Shown here: piece by piece, positions 13,701 through 26,105 of the stretch
Layout: each line of letters begins with the position of its first letter
How positions within the stretch are numbered: the first letter of the stretch is position 1
NCBI GenBank assembly: GCA_002633005.1
Contig: NMRA01000255.1
Span: 529,600 to 593,599 of the forward strand
DNA: 64,000 bases
Direction: 5' to 3'
DNA from: Phoronis australis
Taxonomy: Eukaryota; Animalia; Phoronida
The notes under the pieces: model-generated
Seen by the model: only the letters and a program-made list of their open reading frames with translations
Databases searched by the model: none
What the model was told of the DNA's origin: nothing
Position numbers and translations under genes: made by a program

Positions 13701-16700
13701 CACATTAACAGAATACAAAATACTTATTTTATTATTCGATAGGCCTGCGTGCAGCTGCATTCTTATTATACGGCTAGATGTGCTTACGCAAAGGAAAGCG
13801 TAATATCACGCCTGTTTAGAACTTTTGACACGCGGTACTTGAGAACAATGCTGTAATGCCAATGTCGTATCTATACCCTGACTGCTTGGGTAAAGAGAGA
13901 CAAATCCTGAATATTTTGCAAACGGTTTTAAAATGCCTGTGCCTCACTTTATGGAAGACATTTTTTAATTTTCACAGAGAAGATTAAGTCTAAGGACGAA
14001 GATCCGGGCTAACTGCTATAAATCCCGCCCTCCGTCATTTTTTAAACATTTCTCTTTAGCTACACTTAAAATGGTTTATTGCTCAGGTTCGTACCCGAGA
14101 GTGCGCGCTGGCTCATTGTTCATGGAAAGTTTGACGAGGCAGAGACGATTCTCCAACGCATCGCAAAAATCAACAGAAAGCCACCGCTTGACATTGCAAA
14201 GTTCAAAGCATTCACCACTTTCATCGAGGATGACTTAAAGGAGCGGAACAACAAACAGAAGTACACTCTCATAGACTTGTTTCGTAGTTGGAAGTACTTA
14301 AAGAAAACCATAATCCTCGTAGTGATGTGGTAAGTTTGGTTCTCTCATCATCCACCTATCAAAATAACAACATTGTAAAACATAGATCAAATTGAATCCC
14401 CTATATTTTTTATTTTCACTTTACTTAGAACATAAGTTTCAAAGCTTAAGACTATGTAGGACCCTAGCAAAATGTCCAAATTTGGCAAACTTCGGAGTTC
14501 TGAACTTTACTTAGAAACGCCTGATTGAATTTATGTAAAACCTTCAGGTACTATACTTCATGCACTGGTCTCCAAAAAGCTGTGGAAACAAAAGCGAAAA
14601 GATATCTTAGAGAGCTGTAACAACGTTTTTGATATCTCGCCTTGTCAAAAATCTAATTCTACAGGCTTTCTGCTTAAGGAAAATATACACTTTTACTGAC
14701 TCAGAGTTATAATCTATAACTTTGGAGATGTTTGGCTTAACACGTAGACTTATCAGTAAGGCGCAACATAACCTTAAGTTAACCTGTTGCCTTCAGGTTA
14801 GAGGCGTAAGTGATAGCAACTGACATGAGACCCTTTCGTGCCAACGTCGGCGTGACGATAATCTGTGGAGTTGCGATGGGTATAAACGATTTACTTCGGT
14901 CCTTGTTGAAAGTTACCTACGTAGTTAAATTAAATTCGTAGTAAACAGTGAATTTAACAGCATTGCCGAAGCTTAGATTTGATGTCTCGTCGAACTTATC
15001 GCCAAGGGCCACTGAAGTTGTCATCAACAGACAATCCCGTCGGTGATTACAGTATACGAGTTGCTTAGAAGAGTGGGATTTGTAGCAACTCAAGGCTATT
15101 TTTATATCGATTCGTATTGTTCTCGTTTTGTCGTCACTCTTAAAGGAAAAATTCAGCACTTTTGTGTTCTTACTAATTTCTAGAGTTAATTGTTAATTCC
15201 CTGATCCTCACAAACAACTCCGCGGCAACCGTGTTTCAGTAGCCAATTAGTTACCGTGTCAATACTTTATGAATGTGAATAAAGAAAGAAAAGGCGTGAA
15301 ATCCAGTGAACGACACCGTCACTTCAGTTTTGCATGGGCGATTACTAAGGCTCAGGGCAACAGCAATTAATGCTAAGCAATGGGTTGAATAACTGGGGAT
15401 TTGCGTTTTCAGCTAACATCTAACCGAAAAAGTTAACTTTCTGGTAAAGCGCTCGCGATTTTTCCCATCTCCTGCTTACAGTTTAGTCATCTGAACATCG
15501 TAAACAATCAATAGGACAGCGTCTGCCGTGATATCTCATCAGCTGACGAGGTGCACGAATCAAGATAACCTCGTTTAAACTATCTTGCATACCCTGGCTG
15601 CAATGCCTGCTTTAGAAAAATTTCTTTGAATGGCGTTGCTTTTGTCTGCTTTAAAAGTGTGTCGCCCTCAATGTTAACTAGCTCAAGGTCGGACATTAGT
15701 TTACGATAAACTCTTCACAACCAGATCTTGTTAAAGGCGTGATTGAACTATCGTTATTGAATAAGCATTGTCAAATTCGATATTGTCCGTGGTTGGGAAG
15801 TCAAGTGTTCACGGGACATTATCGGCGATAAAAGTATTAGTAATTATCTGACATCAGCTGCAACGCGGATTCGAACCTTGGAGCAATTTGCGGCAGCGGC
15901 TTAACGTTCTGTTTCACAGAGCTGGATCCCACTTCTTGTATTTTCCTGGTAAGGGCAACTGCCTTGATTTCAGCAAATGTCTGGCAGACAGCGGCGAGAA
16001 TATCCGTTTTTTTAATAAAATCACAAAAATACCCCGAATTTTGTTGTTTCTGAAATAGTTCTGGTCCACTGGTAATTACACCCAAAAGCCTATGATCACA
16101 GCCAACAATATCTGCGTTTTCCGGCTGTAAACCCGGTAATTTCCCTTTAAATTAGAATCGTATTCACTGTTGCGACAAAAGCTTGTGGAATACCTGGCAA
16201 CAAGCCATTGTAAATTAAAAAATTGACACTCTTGGAAGGTTGCTTGCTTGACCTTTTCAATCACTGGACAAAACATGGAGTTATTGTCATGATGTTCAGG
16301 TTGTTACGCTTGTGAAAGAAATTCACATGCTTTCGTTGACCCTTCAGTCAAGATGGCAAGAGATATTGGATGTAAACTAGACGGGCGTAAATATCATTAG
16401 CAATGCGATTTACGAGCTAAACACTGCAATGCGTTTTAAACGATTATGGGCCTAATCATGGTCTCATTCTAGTCATCAAATTGACTTCGTTTCTCTTATG
16501 AATTAGTTTGGGTCAAAAGCTTTTGTGGACGAGTTTATTTGGTGTGAGATCTGCTCTTTTTTATGCTTACTAGTCCCTTGTAAAACGCAAGTTGCGAGGT
16601 ATGCTTGATTAGGCTGTATACAAAACGAAATTTTCTTGTCAAAACTTCCAATTTCAACATTGAGATGAACTTGAAAGATTGAAGTTGCGGTTTGGAACGA

Positions 16701-19700
16701 CTGCTACTCTATTTTTTGAACGTTCATGTCACGTTATTGCTCCGGAAATGACGTCCTATTGTGGAACGGATAACTTCGAGACCGACTGATTTCGCAGGTG
16801 TAAGTGAGCTCTAGTTTTGGTTCTCACTTTTCGGGCGGCTAAACAGAAGGAAATGTGTCTCTATTGCTACATTATTTAATCCTGTTAACAGGCCTTCTTT
16901 CTAGCAAGTCTCATTAAACGCCAAACTCTTAAGTTTCAGGATTAACTTTCCGTACTGCCGCTGTCTTAATTGAAACAGGAGACGTCCAACACGCATGGAT
17001 CGCACGAAAATGAGACAACTTATTAAAACGATCACAGCATTTTAGTCATTCCTTAGATGACCAAGGAAGGTTGAAGTACACGGGGCTAGACGTGTTGCGC
17101 AGCAATACGAGAAGTTATTGCTGAAGCACAAGAGGGCTGAAAATAGTTTGACGTTCAATGAGACTTATTTATGCTGTGTCTACTCTTTTGCTAAATGCCA
17201 TTCTGTAAGAATCTTGTCTTTTTAACCCAAAACATTGGAGCACGATATGATTTCCCCAACAGGTTCAGCTGTGGGCTTGTGTATTACGGCCTGTCGTTCG
17301 GTGTCAAAAATTTACCAGGAGACAGATATGTAAACATGGCCATCAGCGGCGCTATTGACATACCGTCATACGTGGCGCCGTTTGTGAACTTTAAGTAAGT
17401 AAGAGTGAACACTCTCAAATTGTCAACAAACTTACTATAGTGATCACGCATTACCATTATTCAAGCAAATATTGTCTATGTAGCAGAAGTCAGCGTAAGA
17501 TTACTTTTAACTTGATACTTAAATCGTATATCTGGTGCTAATATTCAACCTCATCCGGAACTCCTCGGTTATTCGTAGCCTAAAATTGTCCCTTGGAGGT
17601 GTTTCAGGTCTACGCATGTGCGAACTTCAATCAGAACTGGAAGAGATTTGGTCAACAGATGGCTAAATCATGGCTATCTGATTCCCTCTCGGAACTGAAT
17701 GCTGTGCATGTAGGAACTTCAGTCTTACGACCAGTTCGAAAGAAATGACTTGTTAAATTCGAGGCTACTGAGATAGATACCTGAGGTGTTCCGAGGGGTT
17801 ACTTCAAAGTGCCTTGAAGCACCGGTTACCTTGCTTCGATAAAAACAAAGTCAGACATTCGGTCTCATCAGTTCTGAAATGGCAAGTAAGCCCCGTTCGG
17901 GCTGGGTACCGTGATATTGCTGTGACAATTAACATGTTGCTGGAATCAATGAGCAATGTACTTGTCACTTTAATGAATAAAACCTTCACAAGAACATGCT
18001 TAGAAGCTTTCTGCTTTACGAATAAGCCGGTTATTTTCGAGCTGTCGCCGTGCCATAGAGTTGCGCTTGTCTGACCTCTCGCGGGAAAATTAATTAGGCC
18101 ACAGGGTGCTCATATGCTGTGTTGCTATAGTCACCATTAGTTTCACAATGTTAATAGTTTATTAAGCACTGCTAAAACGAGCGTATTAGTCTGATAGAAA
18201 TGTAAAAGCAACCTGTAGTGCTTGACTTTGCCTAGATTGTCAACTCTCCAAAGTGCGCTACAAAAATAGGCAAAATGGAGATGTCTTGACAGCGGCTAAT
18301 TGTCATAGTCTTACGAAGTGCCGTGATTATCCGTAAAGCGAAATAAGCTACAGCTTGAGGCTTTACACAAAGTAGTAACCCTTCTCATCGCCATTGCATG
18401 GATACCCTCAATACATTATGTCGACCATGGCGAGCAGAAATTGTTCTTGCTTCATTTCGACAGTGATCCGTCGAAAGTTGTAGCGATTGAGATGGGGGGA
18501 GGATTGTGACGACTAACTGCTCTTACTTTATACAGCGTTTAGGTGTCTATTTGCTGAGGCTGTTTTTTATGGAAAATGTGTTCACGGGCACTTACATGTA
18601 AAAGGACCTCGTGAGAAACCATTACGAGATCTGAAGCATCTGATATTCTTTTCTAGGTTTGGAAGAAAACGGACGTCAGTCTTTTTCATGGCGCTGAGCA
18701 CTATTGCTAGCTTCGGAATTCCAATTCTGTGGGCTACAGGTAATAGCGGACTTCTCATATTGGCATTCTCTAGAGAAATGAGACCGAGAAAGCAACTTCC
18801 GCTTTATCCCGACTCACAACTCGGTCGACAGAAATTCAATACTACATAGTGAATAAATTAAATTTAAAAATGGAATAATCAATCCCATAATCAACCGTTA
18901 CCACTGTTTGATTACGTAAAATTTCATGTACTTTTATTAGCTTTTTGACATCGGCTTGGAACGAAATTCTCTCGCTTTCTTAGTCACAGCCTCTAACTGA
19001 CTATGCAGCTTCGGGGTCCTCCTTGCAGTTGGAAATCTATGAATGTGAAGTCATTCATCCATGGATATTTCAAGAGGTTCATTATTTTTCGTATGCCATA
19101 AAAAAGCCTACATCCCACCGCATAAACAGTGATATTCATCGGCTTCATGGTAGCAGGCAAGGTGTTAAAACGCTGTTTATACCATTTTAGGTTGAAACCT
19201 CTCGTCCACATTACCTGGGATCTGAAGGTGGCGCTTAATACCTGTCCCCCAAAGACCTGATCGCCGTTTGGCGGGACAATGGTATGGCGCGGTTTTGTGA
19301 CAATGCCACAGGCGTGCGCAAAGTTTTGTTAAAACAATATCTTAGTAACCATTGCGAAGAAACTGTCCGAAATTTAGGCTTCCCTTTTAACAATATCCAG
19401 CATAGTCTAAAGTACCATCCGGGCCATATGACCTAATTCAATCATTTTGCACGCGCGTCCCTCCCGGGCGCATAATACATTTGAATGTCTACAATACTCA
19501 TAACTTTTCTCCCGGCCAGCGCGGTTGTATGCAAAACATATGGTTCAGTTGTTATTTTTGTAAGAATTCATAAAGTCCTATTTGAAAGCATGCAATCCTT
19601 CGTTTTCTGTTGGTGGTTGTCCCCAAATTTTGATTGAAGGTCGTACCTTTCCAGCGTGACACATTTTGGTTATCGAATTTGAGTAGTGTCCTCGGGTATG

Positions 19701-22700
19701 CAAGACATTTGGTTTCAATATCAAACTGAGTACAAAAAGCTCGTTTACCATTGAAGACAGTACAGACCTACCCGGAATGCGTTTCAACACAAATTCTCAC
19801 AAAACGAGGGACCTTGTTTCACTGAAAAGCCAAGTTAATTACTTCACTAAAAATTCATTCATCGTCTCACTGAAAATCTTTTGAGAGGTTATATTTGAAC
19901 TGATCGTTTCATGTAATCCTGTTCTAAATGTTGTTAAATGTTGCCGGTGTAAACAAAACGGGTCACCTAAAAAGTGGGAGTTAGTCCTTCAGTGAAATNN
20001 NNNNNCCCCCCCCCCCCCCGGTCGGTGCTTATGCATTTTTTGCAAACATATAAAGGCCTACGGGCTTGTATTCGGAGCTACCATTAAAAATTTCTATGGT
20101 TTGTGTCACTAAAAGGAACAGTGTAAGCGAGTGTCAAATTAAAACAAAGCTTTCTGAGTAACAGGAGAGAGTTATTCTAGTTTCTTATCTATCTATCTGC
20201 AAAAACAAATTAAACTAACGGTGTCAAGGGTGCATAGTGCTCTTATTCTCAGTATTACTGTTCAGTGATCACTGGAACATGAACAGTTTTCAAAGGGGTC
20301 TCCCACATTTTCCGATTCGATACCGTGTTGGTGACGTATTTTCCGTTTATAGGCATCGTTTGAATGGATATGACAGCAGAACACGACTCTTCTCTCCATC
20401 CAACAGGTAACGACACTGACGTGGTTGTGACAGCGCTGTCTCTGTTAGCCAAGTTTTCCGTAAACGGAGCATGGATGGTCATTATGCTGTTTACATCGGA
20501 ACACTACCCGACCGTTGTCAGGTAAGTCGGTCAGTCAACATGCGCGCACTCAGCCGAAAAAATGGGGGGCTCAAATTTTTGAGAATGTGGATCTTTTGCT
20601 AAGATTCACTGGATATGTTCAGAGCTATGAATTGTGCCGAATTTTGGTAGTTCGTGCCTTTTTAGTGGACTTATGTCTCGGTTTCTACTTTTTTCGGAGT
20701 TTTATTTCTCTGAGGCGTACCTTTTTGCCCACTTCGCCAGAAGGTGAGGGAGCTTGTTCGTGCCTCCCGAGTCCCCTGGGTGTGCGCATGGTCAAGATCA
20801 GTGGCGGATTTAGGGGGGACAAGGGGGCCCATGGCCTCCCCCTAAAATTCTACCAGATACCATTTGGGAGTTCTGGTGCGCGCAAGCAGGGGCTCGTCGG
20901 TGGTGAATAAGCAACGCATAGGCCCTGAACAAACTGAACAAACCCCGTTTACCGTTTTTTTTTAAGTCAACAGGTCCGCAACCCCAAATATTCGAGGCCT
21001 CTACGTCCCCACATTTTAGGCTGGGCGCGCGCATCTGCCAAAATTCTGGTAATACCCGTGCCCTGCCCCCCAACTCAAAATCCTGGATCCGCCCCTGTAG
21101 ATAGCATACCTGATCAGCAGTGCTGCGTTGTAGGGTGGATATAAGAAGCGTGCGTTTTACTATTGGAAACGGATGATCCCCATGTGAAGCTAACTTGACG
21201 ATTTCAAGTCATAATGCCCGATGATCATGCGAGGCAGCGCGATCCTTGTCCACTTTTTCGCGCCAGTTGCCCAAATCTGCCAAATATATACTTATGACAG
21301 ACTCTGATTAATTTAAAAAATCACTTCTACGCTAGCTGACGTAGACAGTCAATAATTGCATAATGCCGGCATTCTCATTACTTTCAGTGGAACGTGTGAT
21401 TGGTTCTTTATTACTGATTGCATTGCTGTAAAGTCAGTGCCGATTCAGAGTAGTGAAGCCGGAACATTTTTTTCTATATGAAATTTTGCTAAATTACTAG
21501 TGGGAAGTGTATTTTCAGTTCCTTACCGATGGTATTTTAGCGTATAGGATAATTTTCTTGAGGAAGGCCATCAATGTGATCTGTCGTAACGGATCTAATG
21601 AAAAGCGAAACTTGACAAATATTCCCTAAATTAAATGAAATAAATGTGAAACNCTATCCTCTTATGTTTAGTTCTATTGCCAGTCTGTGACGGATCAGTA
21701 ACATGTATTCAGGTCATGGCTGACCTAACAAGCCAATGGGGCGTAAGTTTCAGGCCCCCAGGAGCCTACTTTCCGTGCCAAGTTTCCCACTGCGTTCGCC
21801 TAGGGTCGCGTCTTCGTGCGTCAAGGCAGGCCAGTAGCCAGCTTTGCGTGGGAGTGATTTGAGTTTATAGAACGGTGGACTTTGCGAACGTCGACACTGT
21901 AGAGTTTTCGGTAAAGCCCTTGACGCAGCTTAATTAGGTGGAAGGGAAATCTGTATAAACAACGATGACTCTCAGCTCTGTGTTCCTGAGATGAGACGGA
22001 ATTCATATTACCATTAACAGGATGCTGTGACGGTTTCTCGCAAAGAACGGGACTCAAATTCGGATGTAATATGGTCCAAAAAGAGAACGTTCTCGCGTTA
22101 CCTCCCGTCAAACTTTCAAATCAGGTGTCAATGCTTAAATGAGTGGTTACACCTCACGACATACTCGGATGGAAATATTTAGTCGGAGACTGACTTGACG
22201 AAATTTTTTATCTGCTTGAATTTTTACGCTTGCATCGCAGGAAATAGGAACAGCCCACTATTCCGAAGGTTCACAAATCCGATAGTTCACTGTTCCGAAG
22301 GTTCACTTCTCCGAAGATTCACTGCTCCGAAAATATCTAAAATTTCGGACTCAGGTCTAATTTTTGTATTTTTACATGCAAAAATAAACGATACTTCGGT
22401 TATTAGATGCACTGCGTGGTGTAGCTATACCGAAAGTAACGCCTAGGTACTAAAGCAAACTTTGTTTGGATTTCGTATGCATGAGAATTGCGCGCATATG
22501 TGATGAATACCGAAAAATATGCACGTACTTGCATTTTAAAAAAAAATATGAATTAGGAATATTGATGAATTATCAATCGCGATACATTCATCAAATCCAT
22601 GTCAAGATTGCATCATTTAACAACCGTGTACCTATACTGAAAACAATACCCGGGTACTAAAGCACTTTGCTTTTGGTTTTTATGCGCATGTGAAATTGAG

Positions 22701-23827
22701 CGTATATCTTATGAATACGGAAAAATGAGTACGTACTTGCATTTTGAAAAGAATATGAAGTTGGAATATTGATGAATCAACCACGATACATTTACCATAT
22801 CCATGTCAAGATAGCTTCATTTCACAGTGCTATTAAAGTTTAGGACCGCTGCGCCTCAACCTCACCCACCGAAACCACGCTGCTATGTAGCTTAGCTAGG
22901 CATAAACATCTGCCTCTTCTAGACTCCCTTGTTGCCCTATGTTGTAGCAACCACGCGCGTTCAATGCCGACAGAAATACAGGATAAAACCCCTCTAATCG
23001 TCTGCCCGATCCTGTCATATATGCAAACACCACCCGGGTGAAGTTGGCCAGGCACTGCCTGATGATTACGTGAATCAGAAGCAAATTCAAATTTATTACT
23101 AAGTTAATTATAATTGTAGTCAGTAGTGCCAGTAACTGCATAAATTCTGTTGTTGTCCATTTATATCCTATCTTCAACGGATAGACTGGGGCTGGACCCC
23201 TTTTTCGCGGGGGTTCGCTCGAACTCCCGGACCCCTTCCCCCCACCCGGCTACGGGCTTGCAAGGCCCCACGACAGGGTAATCGAAGTAGCTAAGCTTAC
23301 AGCGCTTTAAAACATCAATAGCAAGGCTTTGGCTGTAATGAGAAGCGACCGCGATGGGGGTGTTAACCAATCTACAATATGCATTTGGTGCATGAGCCCG
23401 CATGATTTATCTAGCTTGAGGACCCAGAAAATGTAGATCCGTAACCGTGTATTGAACCGTATTTTTATTTGTATTGCAGGACAATCGGACCAGCAGTTTG
23501 CAATGCAGCCTCTAGAGTAGGCGCCATGTTGGCGCCCTTGTTGACAGAGCTGCATCAAGTTTCACCGCTCATTTTCCTTACTTAACATTCGGAACAACTA
23601 CATTTGTAGCTATCATCTGTATCCTTATGCTGAAGGAAACAAAAGATCAAAGTATGCCGGACTATCTTCCTCCGCCAAATAAAGAAGAGCCAATATCAGA
23701 GATGGAGGTCGAAATTGCGGTTGTTGACGGCGATACAATGTTACAATCTGATCAGCAATTATATGCCAAAGAAACCGAGTCAAAAGGCGGAGTTAATAAT
23801 CCATCAAACGAAGTCACTGCTTTTTAA
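10362..23827 (+). CDS. SLC22 family organic cation/carnitine transporter-like protein (MFS), 7 coding exons, apparent frameshift in last exon
   Basis: Exons 10362-10730, 12036-12457, 14087-14329, 17263-17394, 18657-18739, 20407-20521, 23480-23827, all GT-AG with matching phases. SLC22 motifs: DDLESVLDGIGSFGLFQ, WNLVC, LGDLIGRKK, PESARWL, FGRK, SEHYPTVVR, LKETK. Frame breaks near 23571-23576. Confidence 0.93.
12036..12457 (+). CDS. SLC22-like coding exon 2
   Basis: ctttcttacag acceptor; WNLVCSQKW...GDLIGRKK...PYLFFW; donor GTGAGA. Confidence 0.92.
12492..13124. mobile_element. Foldback MITE with about 240-bp inverted arms in SLC22 intron 2
   Basis: atggaaagcc...gagaccacgtgac mirrored by gtcacgtg...tggtctc...ggctttccat; subrepeats aaatttatcacgccagga / tcctggcgtgataaattt. 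Confidence 0.8.
14087..14329 (+). CDS. SLC22-like coding exon 3
   Basis: FVPESARWLIVHGKFDEAETIL...; donor GTAAGT. Confidence 0.92.
17263..17394 (+). CDS. SLC22-like coding exon 4
   Basis: FSCGLVYYGLSFGVKNLPGDRYVNMAISGAIDIP; donor GTAAGT. Confidence 0.9.
18657..18739 (+). CDS. SLC22-like coding exon 5
   Basis: ttcttttctag acceptor; FGRKRTSVFFMALSTIASFGIPILWAT; donor GTAATA. Confidence 0.88.
20407..20521 (+). CDS. SLC22-like coding exon 6
   Basis: NDTDVVVTALSLLAKFSVNGAWMVIMLFTSEHYPTVVR; donor GTAAGT. Confidence 0.9.
20539..20790. mobile_element. MITE with CATGCGCGCAC termini, 5-bp TSD GTCAA
   Basis: gtcaa|catgcgcgcactcag ... ctgggtgtgcgcatg|gtcaa. Confidence 0.8.
20799..21097. mobile_element. 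MITE with CAGTGGCGGAT/ATCCGCCCCTG termini, imperfect 5-bp TSD
   Basis: aagat|cagtggcggattt ... ggatccgcccctg|tagat. Confidence 0.75.
22256..22335. repeat. 15-16 bp tandem repeat (cactNNtccgaaggtt), about 5 copies
   Basis: directly visible; resembles transposon subterminal arrays. Confidence 0.7.
22478..22825. repeat. Diverged direct duplication of about 140 bp
   Basis: gcatg..aattg.gcg.atat..atgaatac.gaaaaat..cgtacttgcatttt...tccatgtcaagat at about 22480 and 22686. Confidence 0.75.
23480..23827 (+). CDS. SLC22-like terminal coding exon 7 (frameshifted as assembled)
   Basis: TIGPAVCNAASRVGAMLAPLL... stops at TAA 23583-23585; PYLTFGTTTFVAIICILMLKETKDQSMPD...TAF* continues in another frame from 23576. 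Confidence 0.85.
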
Positions 23828-24189
23828 CAGTGAACGTCTTAGGATCAGTATCAGAATGAATATGTTACTTTAAGTTTCGGATTTCATTAGTTTAACTTCT
23901 TCTTCCCCCGAGTTCAACTTATGTCGAATTAACCCCCACAGTGTTTGAGTGATAGAATTTGTTACATAACAAATTAACATGCATTCCTACTAAGTCAAGT
24001 TTCAACAACCCACCATACATAGGTTTAACCGAATATCTTGGCCGGATTTTAAATTTTGAAATAAAATTTCACAACGCTCAATCATTATTTGTTCATTGTT
24101 TGATTTTAGAGTATCTAGAGGTTAGCTTGTATGCTGTTTTAAAATGGACAGCTTTCTACAGAGCAGGTTTTTCAAATGGGTTCCTGTGA

Positions 24190-24900
24190 CCGTGACGACG
24201 GATGACAATGCCGTTCGAGAGGTTCCAACTACGTAATTCGCAACTATGTCCTATTTCCTCTGTACCCTAACCGGATTTTCAAGAAATTTGGCAAATATGT
24301 TTCGATTTAGGAGACAACGAGACCTTCCCCGGCATTTTAGGAGAGTTGAGGTTCCATATGCACTCCGGTGGCCTGTGTTTTATTTTCGAGCCTTCAGTTT
24401 TCTTTTGTTTTTTTTTTGGCGTCCCCGCAGGGTTATCCATCCAACAGTTCTAAGAGTCCGGTTTGCAGTTGTGTTTTTACTGACAAAAGAACTGCTGATG
24501 TTTATTTTCGGACGAGTGAAACTACAAGTTCGATTATAGCTTTTTCTTGTGGCTCAATATCTACAGAGTTTCTCATGGATCTTCATGAAAAGCCACGTTA
24601 GACCCATCGATGGAGGGAAGTACAACCGACGTCGATTTTGGGTCGAATCCTACAGTTTTGACTTTTTTGCGTTTGACTCAATATCTGTCTAGTTCTTCAA
24701 TGAATATTTATGAAACTTGGCTCATACGTTCCTGTCATTATGAAATTCAACTTATGCGAACTTGGGGAGGAGAACGACACTCTGTCGTTGATTTTCGGAC
24801 AGATACACTTACTATGGCGTCCCCTATTGGCGATTTTTGCGCTTGTCTACTTTTTACCTTCTAGTGTCATAGCAGACTAGGCGGTTCCAATTTATTCCGG
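24190..24900. repeat. Interspersed repeat with internal degenerate units (ggattttcatgaaatttggca-like), possibly Helentron/HINE-like
   Basis: motif recurs at about 24273, 24578 and 24705 and in the related array at 48600-50200; class assignment is inference. Confidence 0.45.
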
Positions 24901-25704
24901 CACATGATTTGTCGAAGAAACTTCGTTGAGTAACTTATCAACGAAGGATGTTCTCAGAGCACAGATTGACTCCCACGTCACAACAATGTTGACGCCCATT
25001 GGTTAAGGACAACATTCATTCATAATCCCAGGGGCATAGAACACTAGTTCTATGGTTCGTAATAGATGCGCAACACTGCGGCGATCAGACTAGTCAATTC
25101 GCGTGACTTTCCAAATTGTCCAAAACTTGACCAATTTCGGCGACTAATCTCTTATTGCCTGTACGAGGCTACCCGAGTACTGTGATGTACCTTCATAACA
25201 TTTGCCGCTTACTGATCCTTGTGAAGAATTGAACGTCCCTTGAGTGACAGCTAAACCCCTTGTGGCACAAAGTTTTTTTTGCTGGTACGTTTGTATAATG
25301 TGTGGAAATATCCGTATGTTATGCAGCTCTCGGTTACGACACACCCACTCTCCTGCCCAAGCCATGGGAGAAACCTTTGGGAAATTTAGCACTTGTGTTT
25401 CTGTTACAGATCAGATGACATCTCCCAATTTTCGGACAAAGGTCACTAGTGCTGCGTCTTGCAGCGGCATTTTTTGTCCACCTCAGAATCTTCCAACCTG
25501 ATTATTCCATGTTCGGGTAATTCAGCTTTCATGGACCAATTACTTTGCGCCCCCTAGAGGCTATTTTAAGTTAATTAGTAATGCACCTCCAAATAGAAAT
25601 GTTTTAACCATAGTTTCTTGTGTCCGTATTGTTTACGATGCACCAATTGATGAATATCAATGCTCTGGGTAGCTCTTGATGTTTAGTCCTTACAACGAAA
25701 TCAG

Positions 25705-26105
25705 AGCCCGGTCTCTAATCTTTGTACTCGAAACGAACTCGAAACTATTTTTGGCAATTTCACCGCTCCTTTTGTGCGAACTTAAGATAATTGGTTATCA
25801 GACTGTGCTCGAATACATCATAGTTTATGCATAGGAGTTTCTAGTTCAAGTTTGCCCTTGAAGACCCTTATATTCATGCTACAAACTCGAGTAAAAACTC
25901 GAAATTTCGAGTTCAAACTCGAACTTATTGCTTTAATATTGGGTTTACAAACTGTGAACTAAGGGCAATAAATTATCTATGTAAGTTATTGTGTACTCCA
26001 GCATAGAATAATAGACACTTATCTTGAGTTCGCCCAAAAGTAGAGTAGAAAATGCCAAACCTAATTTCGAGTTCCATTTTGAGTAAAAAGATTGGAGACC
26101 GGGCC
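25705..26105 (+). mobile_element. 401-bp MITE, PIF/Harbinger-like (3-bp TSD CAG), copy 1
   Basis: cag|agcccggtctctaatc ... gattggagaccgggcc|cag; near-identical to 55168-55568. Confidence 0.88.

Noticed and set aside
22256-22335. CRISPR-like short repeats (also 54351-54425)
   Set aside because: Tandem units with no unique spacers, no cas genes, eukaryotic context
23565-23590. Programmed -1 ribosomal frameshift in SLC22
   Set aside because: No canonical X XXY YYZ slippery heptamer in the right frame and no evident downstream structure; an indel is simpler
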